Positions 34,277-43,558 of a stretch of 58,215 bases of DNA are shown here, in pieces. This stretch comes from an uncultured Chitinophagales bacterium (GTDB lineage: Bacteria > Bacteroidota > Bacteroidia > Chitinophagales > BACL12). The stretch spans positions 1-58,215 of the forward strand of contig CAYSDI010000006.1 in the NCBI GenBank assembly GCA_964429745.1, in the 5' to 3' direction. Within the stretch, counting starts at the first letter, position 1. Each line of letters opens with the position of its first letter. The notes beneath the pieces were generated by a model. It was not told where the DNA came from, made no database searches, and was given only the letters and a program-made list of their open reading frames with translations. The position numbers were made by a program, and so were the translations under genes.

Positions 34277-36076
34277 TTATAGTTGCTCCGGCGTCAGTGT
34301 GGCACTCCCAGTGGCAAACTCCGGTCTTAGCTTGAGGTTATTGGTAAACAGTCCGGGCTTTTCGCTGTACATCTGCCGATTGGCAAAGCGCTTGTGGATG
34401 ACCGTAGGACGGACCCGACTGTACATAAAAACATAGGGTTGATCATCGTAGATGCGCTTCTGCAACGCTTTCTCTACAATGGCACGCTCATCCTTGTCTA
34501 CCTTGCTGTTGCAAAGGTCGATGAGGGCATCGCTGGCTGCGTCGCCAAAGCCCACAAAGTTGGAGCCCTTATTCACCCAGGAACTGGTGTGCCACAACTG
34601 CACGGGATCGGAGTAGGAACCGCTTCCCCCCCACACCCCGAACATGGCGTCAAAGTCGTGCTCGTAGGCTTTCTTGTAAAGGATGGTGAAATCAAGCGGT
34701 ACCGTGTTGGCTTCAAGGCCTACTTTGTAATACTCTTCTTTCATCATCAGGGCCGTCTCTTTGCTAAGCTGGGAGTTGCCGAAGTAATTCATGTCAAAAC
34801 GAAACGCCACCTTGCGGCCATTGATCACCTTATCGCGAATGTTATCGCCGTCCGTATCCACCCAGCCAGCCTTGGTCAGTAGCATCGCTGCAGTATCCAG
34901 GTTAAATGGAATGGGGCGGAGATCCGTGTTGTATGACGGTACAAGCGGCGAGGTATTGCTGGTCTGGCGCTGGCCTCTGCCGTAGAGCAACACTTCGATG
35001 ATTTCTTCTACCGGCGTGGCGTAAGCCATGGCCATTCGAACTGTTCTATCCGCGAAAAATGGCATGCGGCCCACCTCTTCAGGGCGCATGTTCAGCCCCA
35101 TGTAAGCGTAGGCGTATTCCGGCACAAACTCGGAATCAAAGGCTTCGTTGAAATAGTCCAGCGCTCGGAGTTTCAGCAGCGAGCTGTTGCCAATGTTTAC
35201 GCCCACATCCACTTTTTGATTCTTGAGTGCCATTTTGGTGGCGGCAGCATCTTTGATAATTCTGAAAACGATCTTGTCGGGATAATTGGCGTTGTAGCGG
35301 CTGGTGTCGTTATCGCCCCACCAGTTTTTCTTGCGGGTCAGCTCAATGTAGTTGTCTGTTTCCCAAGCCGTGATCTGGTAGGGACCCAGGCCCACCAAAC
35401 GCTCGGGCTTGTAAGAATTGTCCGCATCATTGAACTTTTGCATCCAGTCTACCAAGTCCTGCCCGGCCTTGGATTTGAAATTGGGACCGTAAAAATCTGC
35501 AAAAGAGTAGCGGTCCAACACGCCATCCGGATCCCAATAACTCTGCTGTTGCAGGAAGATTTCGCCGTAGATCTCCGCATTGGTGGCGTAGACCTTTTTG
35601 GCCTTCATGGTGAACGCATAAGGATCGTTCGGGTCCAGGATGATGTCTTCAATGACGGTGTCGTAAATAGGGCGAACGGCGGCATTGTCCGTGAGCGGGC
35701 AAATCTGCAGCTTAGAGGTGAACAGCACGTCTTTAGCGGTGAGTTCTTCGCCGTTATCCCATTTAATGCCTTTGCGCAAGCGATACTTGTAGTAAAGCTG
35801 GTCCTCTGAAATCTCCGGCATGGATTCCACCAGCGCGGGGAAAGTTTCCAGGCTGCCAAAATCCAGCTTGACCAAGCTCTTTTGCGTGTAGTTGAAAATG
35901 ATGGTCCGGTCGCCGGAATTGTTGTTGAACGGGTGCAACCCATCAGGCTGCGAAGACAGGTGAAAAGTGACCACGTTTCTGCTCAAATCCGGAGGAGGAA
36001 CACAACCTGGCAAAAAAGCCAGCCCGACGAGGCAGGTGAGAAGAAGAGCTGATTGGAGGCGGATAGTTAGAGACAT
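34277..36076 (-). CDS. ABC transporter substrate-binding lipoprotein (family 5, peptide/nickel type)
   Basis: 599-aa ORF with the lipobox LAFLPGC and SBP_bac_5-like features (...KGIKWDNGEELTAKDV..., ...LGPYQITAWE...). It is the first gene of the permease operon. Confidence 0.85.
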   Translation of the reverse strand: MSLTIRLQSALLLTCLVGLAFLPGCVPPPDLSRNVVTFHLSSQPDGLHPFNNNSGDRTIIFNYTQKSLVKLDFGSLETFPALVESMPEISEDQLYYKYRLRKGIKWDNGEELTAKDVLFTSKLQICPLTDNAAVRPIYDTVIEDIILDPNDPYAFTMKAKKVYATNAEIYGEIFLQQQSYWDPDGVLDRYSFADFYGPNFKSKAGQDLVDWMQKFNDADNSYKPERLVGLGPYQITAWETDNYIELTRKKNWWGDNDTSRYNANYPDKIVFRIIKDAAATKMALKNQKVDVGVNIGNSSLLKLRALDYFNEAFDSEFVPEYAYAYMGLNMRPEEVGRMPFFADRTVRMAMAYATPVEEIIEVLLYGRGQRQTSNTSPLVPSYNTDLRPIPFNLDTAAMLLTKAGWVDTDGDNIRDKVINGRKVAFRFDMNYFGNSQLSKETALMMKEEYYKVGLEANTVPLDFTILYKKAYEHDFDAMFGVWGGSGSYSDPVQLWHTSSWVNKGSNFVGFGDAASDALIDLCNSKVDKDERAIVEKALQKRIYDDQPYVFMYSRVRPTVIHKRFANRQMYSEKPGLFTNNLKLRPEFATGSATLTPEQL

Positions 36077-36287
36077 GGATAGAATAATTTGGATATCAGG
36101 AGTTTAGCGCCGGAAAAATTCCCCATACGTGCCAAACCCAGGCTAACAAATATAGGCAAAGTGCCCTGCCCGCAAAAAAGCTTGTGCTGCAAAGGTTTGA
36201 CTTACTTTGCCGGGCGCTCGCAGAAGCTGCGAGGCTGGCGGATTTTGCCCGTATTTAAGCCGGTCCTGTGCCTTTGTCTTCCCGAAC

Positions 36288-37184
36288 ATGAAACTAACCA
36301 AGCAAACGATTTTGATTTCCGGGGGCACCGGATTAGTAGGAAGCCGCCTCAGCCTGGCACTTCGCGAGCACGGTCACGAGGTGCGTGTCCTGAGCCGCCA
36401 GCGCGGCATGGTCTACTGGGACCCGCGCCGGGGACACCTGGCGGACGATGCCTTCGATGGCGTTGATGCCATTGTTCACCTGGCCGGAGCAGGCATCGCC
36501 GATAAGCGCTGGTCGCCCGCGCGCAAGAAAGAGCTTGAAGAGAGCCGCCTTGGAACTTCGCGCATCCTCACGGAAGCCCTGCAAGCCCGTACCCATCTTG
36601 TTAAAACATTCATCGCCGCCTCTGCCGTAGGGTTCTACGGCAGCCGCGGCGATGAGCGCCTGGACGAAAACAGCGACCCCGGCTCGGACTTCCTGGCAGA
36701 ATTAAGCCAAAAGTGGGAAGCGGCAAGTGCGCCGGTAACGGGGCTGGGCATTCGGCTGGTCACCCTTCGAATTGGCATCGTGCTCTCCCGAAAAGGAGGC
36801 GCTTTGCCTGAACTAACCAAAACCCTGCCGTTGGGCGTAGCTGGTGTGCTGGGCAGCGGCCGCCAATTCTACCCGGTCATCCATGTAGACGATCTGGCGC
36901 GCATGTTCCGTTTTGTGGCAGAAGAACAGGGCTGCCAGGGCGTTTACAACGCGGTCGGGCCTGCCCCGGTGCGCCAGCGCGACCTCATGCGGGCCATTAT
37001 GCGGGCCAGTGGCCGCAAAGCCTTGCTGGCTCCAGTGCCCGAATTTGGGCTTCGGATGGTGCTCGGCGAGATGGCCGACGCCGTGCTGATGAGCAGCCGC
37101 GCAGGCTGCCAGAAGATAGAAGATGCGGGCTTCCGGTTTGATTATCCCACCGTTGAGCGCATGCTGGAAGCCCTCTACGCCTAA
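36288..37184 (+). CDS. TIGR01777/YfcH-type epimerase-family protein (SDR fold plus DUF1731)
   Basis: Motifs present: MKLTKQTILISGGTGLVGSRL (Rossmann), DAIVHLAGAGIADKRWS, and the C-terminal ...GFRFDYPTVERMLEAL. I chose the ATG at 36288. Confidence 0.85.
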   Translation: MKLTKQTILISGGTGLVGSRLSLALREHGHEVRVLSRQRGMVYWDPRRGHLADDAFDGVDAIVHLAGAGIADKRWSPARKKELEESRLGTSRILTEALQARTHLVKTFIAASAVGFYGSRGDERLDENSDPGSDFLAELSQKWEAASAPVTGLGIRLVTLRIGIVLSRKGGALPELTKTLPLGVAGVLGSGRQFYPVIHVDDLARMFRFVAEEQGCQGVYNAVGPAPVRQRDLMRAIMRASGRKALLAPVPEFGLRMVLGEMADAVLMSSRAGCQKIEDAGFRFDYPTVERMLEALYA

Positions 37185-37200
37185 GTCGCGCGGCTCGGGA

Positions 37201-40200
37201 CTACCCGTAATTCAGCACAGGCCGCAACCAGCGCTCCATGACATCGGCGGGCCAGCCTTTGCGGCGGGCCAGGTCTTCCACCTGGTCGCGGCCGATTTTT
37301 CCGGTGCCGAAGTAGCGCGCATCCGGGTGGCTGAAGTACCAGCCGCTGACTGCGGCCGTCGGGAACATGGCAAAAGAGTCGGTGAGCGTGATGCCTGTAT
37401 TGCGCTCGGCATCGAGCAAAGACCAGAGCGTGGCTTTTTCTGTGTGGTCCGGGCAGGCCGGGTAACCGGGTGCCGGGCGAATGCCGCGGTACTTTTCGTG
37501 GATCAGGTCTTCCGCGCTCAAGCGTTCATCGGGGGAATAGCCCCAGTACTCCGAGCGAATTTGCGCGTGCAGGTACTCCGCAAACGCTTCGGCCAGGCGA
37601 TCCCCAAGCGCTTTGAGCAGGATGCTGTTGTAATCGTCGTGGTCGGCTTCGTAGGCAGCGGCGCGCTCTTCAAGGCCATGCCCGGTGGTTATCGCAAAGC
37701 CGCCAATCCAGTCAGGTGTGCCCTCCGGGGCGATAAAATCGGCCAGCGAGCGGTTGGGCTGCCCGTCTGATTTGCGGTTTTGCTGGCGGATGTGGTGCAG
37801 GACGCTCAGCACCTCCCGGCGCGATTCGTCTGTCCAAACCACGACGTCATCACCGCGGCGGTTGGCCGGGAACAGGCCGTAAACGCCACGGGCTCGCAAC
37901 CACTTACCGGCGATCAGTTCGGCCAGCATGGCTTTAGCGTCCTCAAAGAGCACACGGGCCTGCTCGCCCACCACGTGGTCGTCCAGGATAGCCGGGTAGC
38001 GACCGGCCAACTCCCAGGTCTGGAAAAAGGGGGTCCAGTCAATGACTGCAGCCAGGGTGGCCAGGTCCACGTGGTCCAGGACATGCACGCCCGGGTTGCG
38101 GGGGGCGGGGGGCGAATACGTGCTGAAATCAAGCGCCCCTGCGTTCTTCCGGGCCTCTTCCAGGGTCACAAAGCGGCCCTCATCCTGCTTGGCGGTGTAG
38201 CGGTCGCGGAAGACCTGGTAGTCTTCGTCCAGCGCCTGCATGAATCGCAAACGCTCGGTTTCGTTGCCCTTCAGACTGCTGGCTACCGTTACGGCGCGCG
38301 ACGCATCCAGCACATGCACCACTGGCTTGTGGTATGCCGGGGCGATTTTGACCGCCGTGTGCATCCGCGACGTGGTTGCCCCGCCAATCAGCAGCGGAAT
38401 ATCAAAGCCCTGGCGCTCCATTTCCTGCGCCACATGCACCATTTCGTCCAGCGATGGCGTAATAAGCCCGCTCAACCCGATCATGTCCACGTTGTGCAAG
38501 CGAGCGGCGTCCAAAATGCGGTCGGCAGAGACCATGACCCCCAGGTCAATGATGTCGTAATTGTTGCAGCCCAGCACCACCCCGACGATGTTCTTGCCGA
38601 TGTCGTGGACATCGCCCTTGACCGTTGCCATGAGGATGCGGCCCTTGGAACTTCCGGCTGCTTTGCTGGCCTCTATGTAGGGCGTCAAATGCGCCACGGC
38701 TCGTTTCATCACGCGGGCTGATTTGACCACCTGGGGAAGGAACATTTTGCCCGCCCCGAACAAGTCGCCGACCACTCCCATGCCGTCCATTAGCGGCCCT
38801 TCGATCACTTCAAGCGGCTCGGCAAAATGCAGGCGAGCTTCTTCCGTATCTTCTTCTATGTAGTCGGCCATGCCCTTAATCAGCGCGTGGCGGAGGCGTT
38901 CGGCCACCGGCGCATCGCGCCAGCGCTCATCCTTGACGGCAACTTTGCCTTTGGCGCTGATGGTTACGGCGTAGCTCACAAGCCGCTCCGTGGCGTCCTC
39001 GCGGCGGGCCAGGATAACATCTTCTACGCGCTCCAAAAGTTCAGGAGCAATTTGGTCGTATACTTCAATCATACCGGCGTTGACAATGCCCATGTCCATG
39101 CCGGTTCCAATGGCGTGGTAGAGGAAAACCGTGTGCATCGCTTCGCGAACGGCGTCATTTCCCCGGAACGAAAAAGACACATTGCTCACGCCGCCGCTCA
39201 CCTTGACACCGGGCATGGAGGCCTTGATTTGCCTGGTGGCCTCGATGAAATCGAGCGCGTAGCGGTCGTGGGCTTCAATGCCCGTGGCTACCGCAAAAAT
39301 GTTGGGGTCAAAAATGATGTCGTGGGGCGAAAAGCCCGCTTCCCGCAACAACAGATCGTAGCTGCGCCGGCAGATGGCCACGCGCTTCTCGACCGAATCG
39401 GCCTGCCCGCCCTCGTCAAAGGCCATGACCACGACGGCAGCGCCGTAGCTGCGCACCAGGCGGGCTTGCTTCAGAAAGCTTTCTTCGCCTTCTTTCAGGC
39501 TGATGGAATTGACCACGCCTTTGCCCTGCAGGCATTTGAGGCCAGCTTCCAGCACCGACCACTTGGACGAGTCCACCATGAAGGGCAACCGCGCAATGTC
39601 CGGTTCGGAGGCCATCAGATTGATGAAACGAGTCATGGCGGCCGCAGAGTCTAACATAGCTTCGTCCATGTTCACGTCCACGATCTGCGCGCCGCCGTCC
39701 ACCTGGTGTCGGGCCACCGACAGGGCTTCTTCGTATTTCTCGTCGCGGATCAGGCGGGCAAAAGCCCGCGAACCGGTAACGTTGGTGCGTTCCCCTATGT
39801 TGACGAAGTTGGTTTCCGGGGTTATGATCAGCGGTTCCAGGCCGCTTAAGCGTGTGTAAGGAGAATACTCCGCAGGTTTGCGGGGCTGGTATTTAGCCGC
39901 AACACGAACAAATTCGCGGATGTGGTCCGGGGTAGTTCCGCAACAACCGCCGATGATGTTCACGAAACCACTTCGACAAAAATCTTCAATTTGCTCGCCC
40001 ATCATCTCCGGGCTTTCGTCGTAGCCACCAAAGGCATTGGGCAAGCCGGCATTGGGGTATGCCGAAACAAAGCAACTGGCCATGCGCGAAATGGATTCCA
40101 AGTGCGGCCGCATGTCCTTGGCACCCAGCGCGCAGTTCAGGCCCACGCTGAAGGGGTTGCCGTGCTCCAGCGAAATGTAAAAAGCCTCCGGCGTCTGCCC

Positions 40201-40863
40201 GCTCAGCGTCCGCCCGCTGGCATCGGTAATAGTGCCCGAAATCATGAGCGGCATATCCAGCCCCTTTTCCTCCATGACCTTGCGAATCGCAAAAACCGCC
40301 GCTTTGGCGTTGAGCGTGTCAAAAATGGTCTCGATCAGCATCAGGTCGCAGCCGCCATCAATCAGGCCGCGGGTTTGCTCGGCATAAGCCTCGGCCAGTT
40401 CATCAAAGGTCACGGCGCGGTAGCCGGGGTTGTTTACATCGGGGGAAAGGCTTGCCGTGCGGTTGGTCGGCCCTATCGCGCCGGCCACAAAGCGGGGCCT
40501 TGAAGGGTCGGCAGCCATAACCGCATCCGCAGCCTGGCGCGCCAACCGGGCGCTCTCCACATTGAGCTCATAAACCACGTGCTGCAGGCCATAGTCTGCC
40601 TGCGCGATGGCGGTTCCGCTAAACGTATTGGTCTCGACAATGTCCGCGCCAGCCTCCAGGTAAGCCCGGTGGATGTCGCGGATAATGTCCGGACGGGTCA
40701 GGCTGAGCAGGTCGTTGTTGCCGCGAAGATCGCTGGGGTGATCGGCGAAGCGTTCGCCTCTGAAGTCTGCCTCACTTAGCGTGTGCCGTTGAATCATGGT
40801 GCCCATTGCACCGTCCAGCACTAAAATGCGCTGGCGTATAAGTTCCCGTATGGTATGGCTCAT
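37201..40863 (-). CDS. metH: Cobalamin-dependent methionine synthase MetH
   Basis: About 1220 aa, collinear with MetH: Hcy-binding domain ([13 protein letters not shown] ... [11 protein letters not shown]), pterin-binding domain, B12-binding domain ([10 protein letters not shown]) and AdoMet-activation domain. I chose the ATG at 40863 ([11 protein letters not shown]); upstream of it the ORF overlaps the riboswitch. Confidence 0.95.
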   Translation of the reverse strand: MSHTIRELIRQRILVLDGAMGTMIQRHTLSEADFRGERFADHPSDLRGNNDLLSLTRPDIIRDIHRAYLEAGADIVETNTFSGTAIAQADYGLQHVVYELNVESARLARQAADAVMAADPSRPRFVAGAIGPTNRTASLSPDVNNPGYRAVTFDELAEAYAEQTRGLIDGGCDLMLIETIFDTLNAKAAVFAIRKVMEEKGLDMPLMISGTITDASGRTLSGQTPEAFYISLEHGNPFSVGLNCALGAKDMRPHLESISRMASCFVSAYPNAGLPNAFGGYDESPEMMGEQIEDFCRSGFVNIIGGCCGTTPDHIREFVRVAAKYQPRKPAEYSPYTRLSGLEPLIITPETNFVNIGERTNVTGSRAFARLIRDEKYEEALSVARHQVDGGAQIVDVNMDEAMLDSAAAMTRFINLMASEPDIARLPFMVDSSKWSVLEAGLKCLQGKGVVNSISLKEGEESFLKQARLVRSYGAAVVVMAFDEGGQADSVEKRVAICRRSYDLLLREAGFSPHDIIFDPNIFAVATGIEAHDRYALDFIEATRQIKASMPGVKVSGGVSNVSFSFRGNDAVREAMHTVFLYHAIGTGMDMGIVNAGMIEVYDQIAPELLERVEDVILARREDATERLVSYAVTISAKGKVAVKDERWRDAPVAERLRHALIKGMADYIEEDTEEARLHFAEPLEVIEGPLMDGMGVVGDLFGAGKMFLPQVVKSARVMKRAVAHLTPYIEASKAAGSSKGRILMATVKGDVHDIGKNIVGVVLGCNNYDIIDLGVMVSADRILDAARLHNVDMIGLSGLITPSLDEMVHVAQEMERQGFDIPLLIGGATTSRMHTAVKIAPAYHKPVVHVLDASRAVTVASSLKGNETERLRFMQALDEDYQVFRDRYTAKQDEGRFVTLEEARKNAGALDFSTYSPPAPRNPGVHVLDHVDLATLAAVIDWTPFFQTWELAGRYPAILDDHVVGEQARVLFEDAKAMLAELIAGKWLRARGVYGLFPANRRGDDVVVWTDESRREVLSVLHHIRQQNRKSDGQPNRSLADFIAPEGTPDWIGGFAITTGHGLEERAAAYEADHDDYNSILLKALGDRLAEAFAEYLHAQIRSEYWGYSPDERLSAEDLIHEKYRGIRPAPGYPACPDHTEKATLWSLLDAERNTGITLTDSFAMFPTAAVSGWYFSHPDARYFGTGKIGRDQVEDLARRKGWPADVMERWLRPVLNYG

Positions 40864-40871
40864 GGTATTGG

Positions 40872-41046
40872 TTCTTATCTGCCCCAGCGGTACCTCCAAA
40901 CTGTGCGCAATTGGCCGGTTTGGAGGGCTGCGCTTGCGCTGCAGCCATTCTGGGTCGGAGGTGGCACCTTCAGGAGCAGCAGTGCGCTGCGGCCGGGTTG
41001 CCAAGACGTCGTCGGGCCGAATCCCTCAGTCTATCTCGATAAGGTT
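40872..41046 (-). promoter_or_regulatory. SAM-I (S-box)-like riboswitch in the metH leader, with an unusually long P4
   Basis: The minus-strand transcript reads CUUAUC-GAGAUAGACUGAGGGAUUCGGCCCGACGACGUCUUGGCAACC-(P3)-AAGGUGCCACCUCC-GACCCAG...CUGGGGCA-GAUAAG. This reproduces P1 (CUUAUC/GAUAAG), the GAGGGA/GGCCC core, GCAACC and GGUGCCAnnUCC of SAM-I. The 3' strand of P1 ends 10 nt before the AUG. Confidence 0.7.
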
Positions 41047-41079
41047 GAGAATGGTCTGGTCTGGTTTTTTTTACCGGAG

Positions 41080-41087
41080 CAAAGTTA
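41080..41087 (-). promoter_or_regulatory. Candidate -7 box (TAACTTTG on the minus strand) for the metH riboswitch transcript
   Basis: Match to TAnnTTTG, about 34 nt upstream of the 5' strand of riboswitch P1, followed by an A8 run. Confidence 0.3.
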
Positions 41088-41139
41088 TACCCTTCAGGCT
41101 TGGTAGCCAACGACTCCGATTAGGCTATCTTTGCCGGCT

Positions 41140-42093
41140 GTGAAAGTTACCGAGCACCTGCAGAACGCGTCGTCCACGCTGTTCAGTTTTGAAGTTCTTC
41201 CCCCAATGAAGGGCAAGACCATTCAGGACCTCTTCCGGGTTATGGACCCGCTGATGGAGTTCAAACCGCCCTTTGTGGATGTTACTTACCATCGCGAAGA
41301 AATTGTATATAAAAAACGCGCAGATGGTCTGGTCGAAAAGGTTCCTACCCGGAAACGCCCCGGTACCGTAGGCATCTGTGCGGCCATTACCGCCCATTAC
41401 AAAATTGACGCGGTGCCGCACCTGGTTTGCGGGGGTTTTACCAAGGAGGAAACCGAAGACGCCATTTTTACCCTGCACTACCTGGGCATCCAGAACTTTC
41501 TCTTGTTGCGCGGGGACGGGTTAAAAAGTGAGCCCCGTTTTCAGCCTTCCGAAGGCGGCCATCACTACGCCTCCGACCTGGTGGCGCAAGTAGCCAACAT
41601 GAACTGTGGGCGCTTCCTGCACGAAGAAACGGCCACCGATGCCGCCACAGACTTCTGCATTGGCGTAGCTGGTTACCCGGAAAAGCACTTTGAGGCGCCC
41701 AACATGAGTACCGACCTTCGCTACCTCAAGCACAAGGTTGACCAGGGCGCTGACTATATTGTCACCCAAATGTTCTTTGATAACAAAGCCTATTTTGACT
41801 TTGTAAAGCGCTGCCGCGAGATGGGCATTACCGTCCCTATCATCCCAGGCCTCAAGCCCATAACCGCTAAAACACAAATCAGCTCGCTGCCGCCCGTTTT
41901 TCATCTGGATATCCCGGACGAACTTGTAAGTGCCGTCGCTAAAGCTGCCGACAACAAGGCCGCAGAAAAAATCGGCATCGAATGGGCCATTCAGCAAAGC
42001 CGTGAACTGATCGATTTCGGCGTGCCCTGTGTGCACTACTACTCCATGTCTAAGGCAGAACCTATTCTTGCCATTGCCCGCTCCGTCTTTTAG
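41140..42093 (+). CDS. metF: Methylenetetrahydrofolate reductase MetF
   Basis: Motifs present: (M)KVTEHLQNASSTLFSFEVLPPMKG..., ...YPEKHFEAP..., ...DYIVTQMFFD.... I prefer the GTG at 41140; the TTG at 41131 is also open. The stop overlaps the convergent birA stop by 4 nt. Confidence 0.9.
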   Translation: MKVTEHLQNASSTLFSFEVLPPMKGKTIQDLFRVMDPLMEFKPPFVDVTYHREEIVYKKRADGLVEKVPTRKRPGTVGICAAITAHYKIDAVPHLVCGGFTKEETEDAIFTLHYLGIQNFLLLRGDGLKSEPRFQPSEGGHHYASDLVAQVANMNCGRFLHEETATDAATDFCIGVAGYPEKHFEAPNMSTDLRYLKHKVDQGADYIVTQMFFDNKAYFDFVKRCREMGITVPIIPGLKPITAKTQISSLPPVFHLDIPDELVSAVAKAADNKAAEKIGIEWAIQQSRELIDFGVPCVHYYSMSKAEPILAIARSVF

Positions 42094-42911
42094 GGCTGGT
42101 CCGCGAACTGCACCACCTCTTTAAAGCGGAAACGCTTTAAAACACCCCCGCAATCAATAGCGAGTTCGCCAGTGTCTTCTACGCCGGCAATGATGCCTTC
42201 AAAGACTTCGATGCCAGAACCGGTGCCGCGCTGGAAACGGCGTTTTTCGCCATAACCCCAAAGGGCTTGCAGATACTGCCGCTTTAGGGCGGTCCAGGCG
42301 CCCTGGCGAAGCTGTTCATAGCGCGGCTCCAAGGCTTCGCACAATTGCCAGGCCACTTCCTCCAATTCGCGCTGCCGCCCATCCAGTTGCCAAAGCGAGA
42401 CCGGGTTGGGCAAATCGGCGGAAAAATCAGATTGATTTATGTTTAAACCTATGCCTAAAATACTGTATGTCAAGTGATTGTTTGATATTCCGTTCTCAAA
42501 CAGAAGACCAGCAGCTTTTCGGGAACCTGCGTACAGATCATTGGGCCATTTGATCTGCCAGGCGTTTTGCGCAACGGCGGGTTCAACCAGACCCCGCAAA
42601 GCGTCCCAAACCCCGAGCGAAAGAGCCACATTTAGCCGAAAAGCTTCTCTGGCCGGCAAAAAGCCGGGATAGAAGACCACAGAGAGCGCCAGGCCAGCAC
42701 CGGGCTTTGTGACCCAACCTGTGCCATATTGTCCGCGGCCGGCGGGCTGTTCCAGGGCCATTATGGCAGTTCCTTCGGTTGGGGAAGGGCCTGCGTCCTC
42801 CGGCCTGGTTTTTGCGGCTAACCAGTCCAGCGCGAAGCGGTTGGTGGAATCCAGCACCTGCCTGATCAGCAAAGGCTTGCCTACATATTGGGTAGCGGGT
42901 CTTGATTCCAA
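42090..42911 (-). CDS. birA: Biotin--[acetyl-CoA-carboxylase] ligase (group I BirA, no HTH domain)
   Basis: Motifs present: LDSTN, GRGQYGTGW (variant of GRGRxGRxW), KWPNDLYAGSRKAAGLLFE, and the C-terminal SH3-like tail. Confidence 0.85.
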   Translation of the reverse strand: MESRPATQYVGKPLLIRQVLDSTNRFALDWLAAKTRPEDAGPSPTEGTAIMALEQPAGRGQYGTGWVTKPGAGLALSVVFYPGFLPAREAFRLNVALSLGVWDALRGLVEPAVAQNAWQIKWPNDLYAGSRKAAGLLFENGISNNHLTYSILGIGLNINQSDFSADLPNPVSLWQLDGRQRELEEVAWQLCEALEPRYEQLRQGAWTALKRQYLQALWGYGEKRRFQRGTGSGIEVFEGIIAGVEDTGELAIDCGGVLKRFRFKEVVQFADQP

Positions 42912-43072
42912 ACCAGTTTGCGTAAATTTGATAGAAACAATGAGGGTCTGTGCCCGCAGAAGCGCTTTTTTGCAGCAGACTCTTTGAATAGCCCAATTGC
43001 CTTTTAACCATCTTGCCGAATTTTTTGGCCAGTTGTTGAAAGGCCCGGCAACCTGGGCATTAAACCTCGCGT

Positions 43073-43465
43073 GTGAACAAATCGCTCTCCCGACCGCTTA
43101 CCAGACCGCTTACGCAAACATACGATGTCGAAACGCTGAACGATCTCATCGTAGACAGCATTTCCGACAAGAAAGGACTGAACATCGTTTCGCTTGACCT
43201 TCGAAAAATAGAGGAAGCTGCAACGGATTTCTTCATCATTTGCACGGCTGAGTCCACCACCCAGGTAAAAGCCATCGCCGATCACATCAGTAAAAAGGTC
43301 AAGGACATTTCCGGCGATCACCCCTGGCATACCGAGGGGATGCAAAATCTGGAGTGGGTGCTGATCGACTACGTGGATACGGTTGTCCACGTCTTTTTGC
43401 GCGACAAACGGCAGTTGTACAACCTCGAAGACCTTTGGAGCGATGCGCGCTTGATGACGTATTGA
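43073..43465 (+). CDS. rsfS: Ribosome silencing factor RsfS (iojap)
   Basis: Motif present: KKGLNIVSLDLRKIEEAATDFFIICTAESTTQVKAIADHI...EWVLIDYVDTVVHVFLRDKRQLYNLEDLWSDA. It has a GTG start. Confidence 0.9.
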   Translation: MNKSLSRPLTRPLTQTYDVETLNDLIVDSISDKKGLNIVSLDLRKIEEAATDFFIICTAESTTQVKAIADHISKKVKDISGDHPWHTEGMQNLEWVLIDYVDTVVHVFLRDKRQLYNLEDLWSDARLMTY

Positions 43466-43558
43466 ACCCTATTGGTCTGTTCTCTGTTTCTCTATTGACT
43501 TTCCTCCCCGCGCAGGTTCGCTGCGTGATCTTTTAAATCAGCCTCCGCGCTACCCACG

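Noticed and set aside
40864-41004. 47-aa N-terminal extension of the metH ORF (start at 41004). Similar upstream extensions occur for purQ (28269), the dsbD-like gene (27551), the yfcH-like gene (36207), the arginase-fold gene (18764), the TPR gene (58041) and the mini-CTD gene (7060).
   Set aside because: The internal starts restore canonical N-termini or signal peptides (MSHTIRELI..., [12 protein letters not shown]..., and so on). The extensions also overlap a riboswitch, divergent genes or promoter regions.
41126-41133. TATCTTTG -7 box match ending 6 nt before the metF GTG, which would imply a leaderless metF mRNA.
   Set aside because: A six-fixed-base motif is expected by chance about once per 4 kb per strand. 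A single match this close to the start codon cannot separate a leaderless transcript from coincidence without TSS data.
42090-42093. 4-nt overlap of the convergent metF and birA stop codons (TTAG).
   Set aside because: The overlap is real but is a trivial consequence of compact gene packing. No hairpin or regulatory feature is associated with it.
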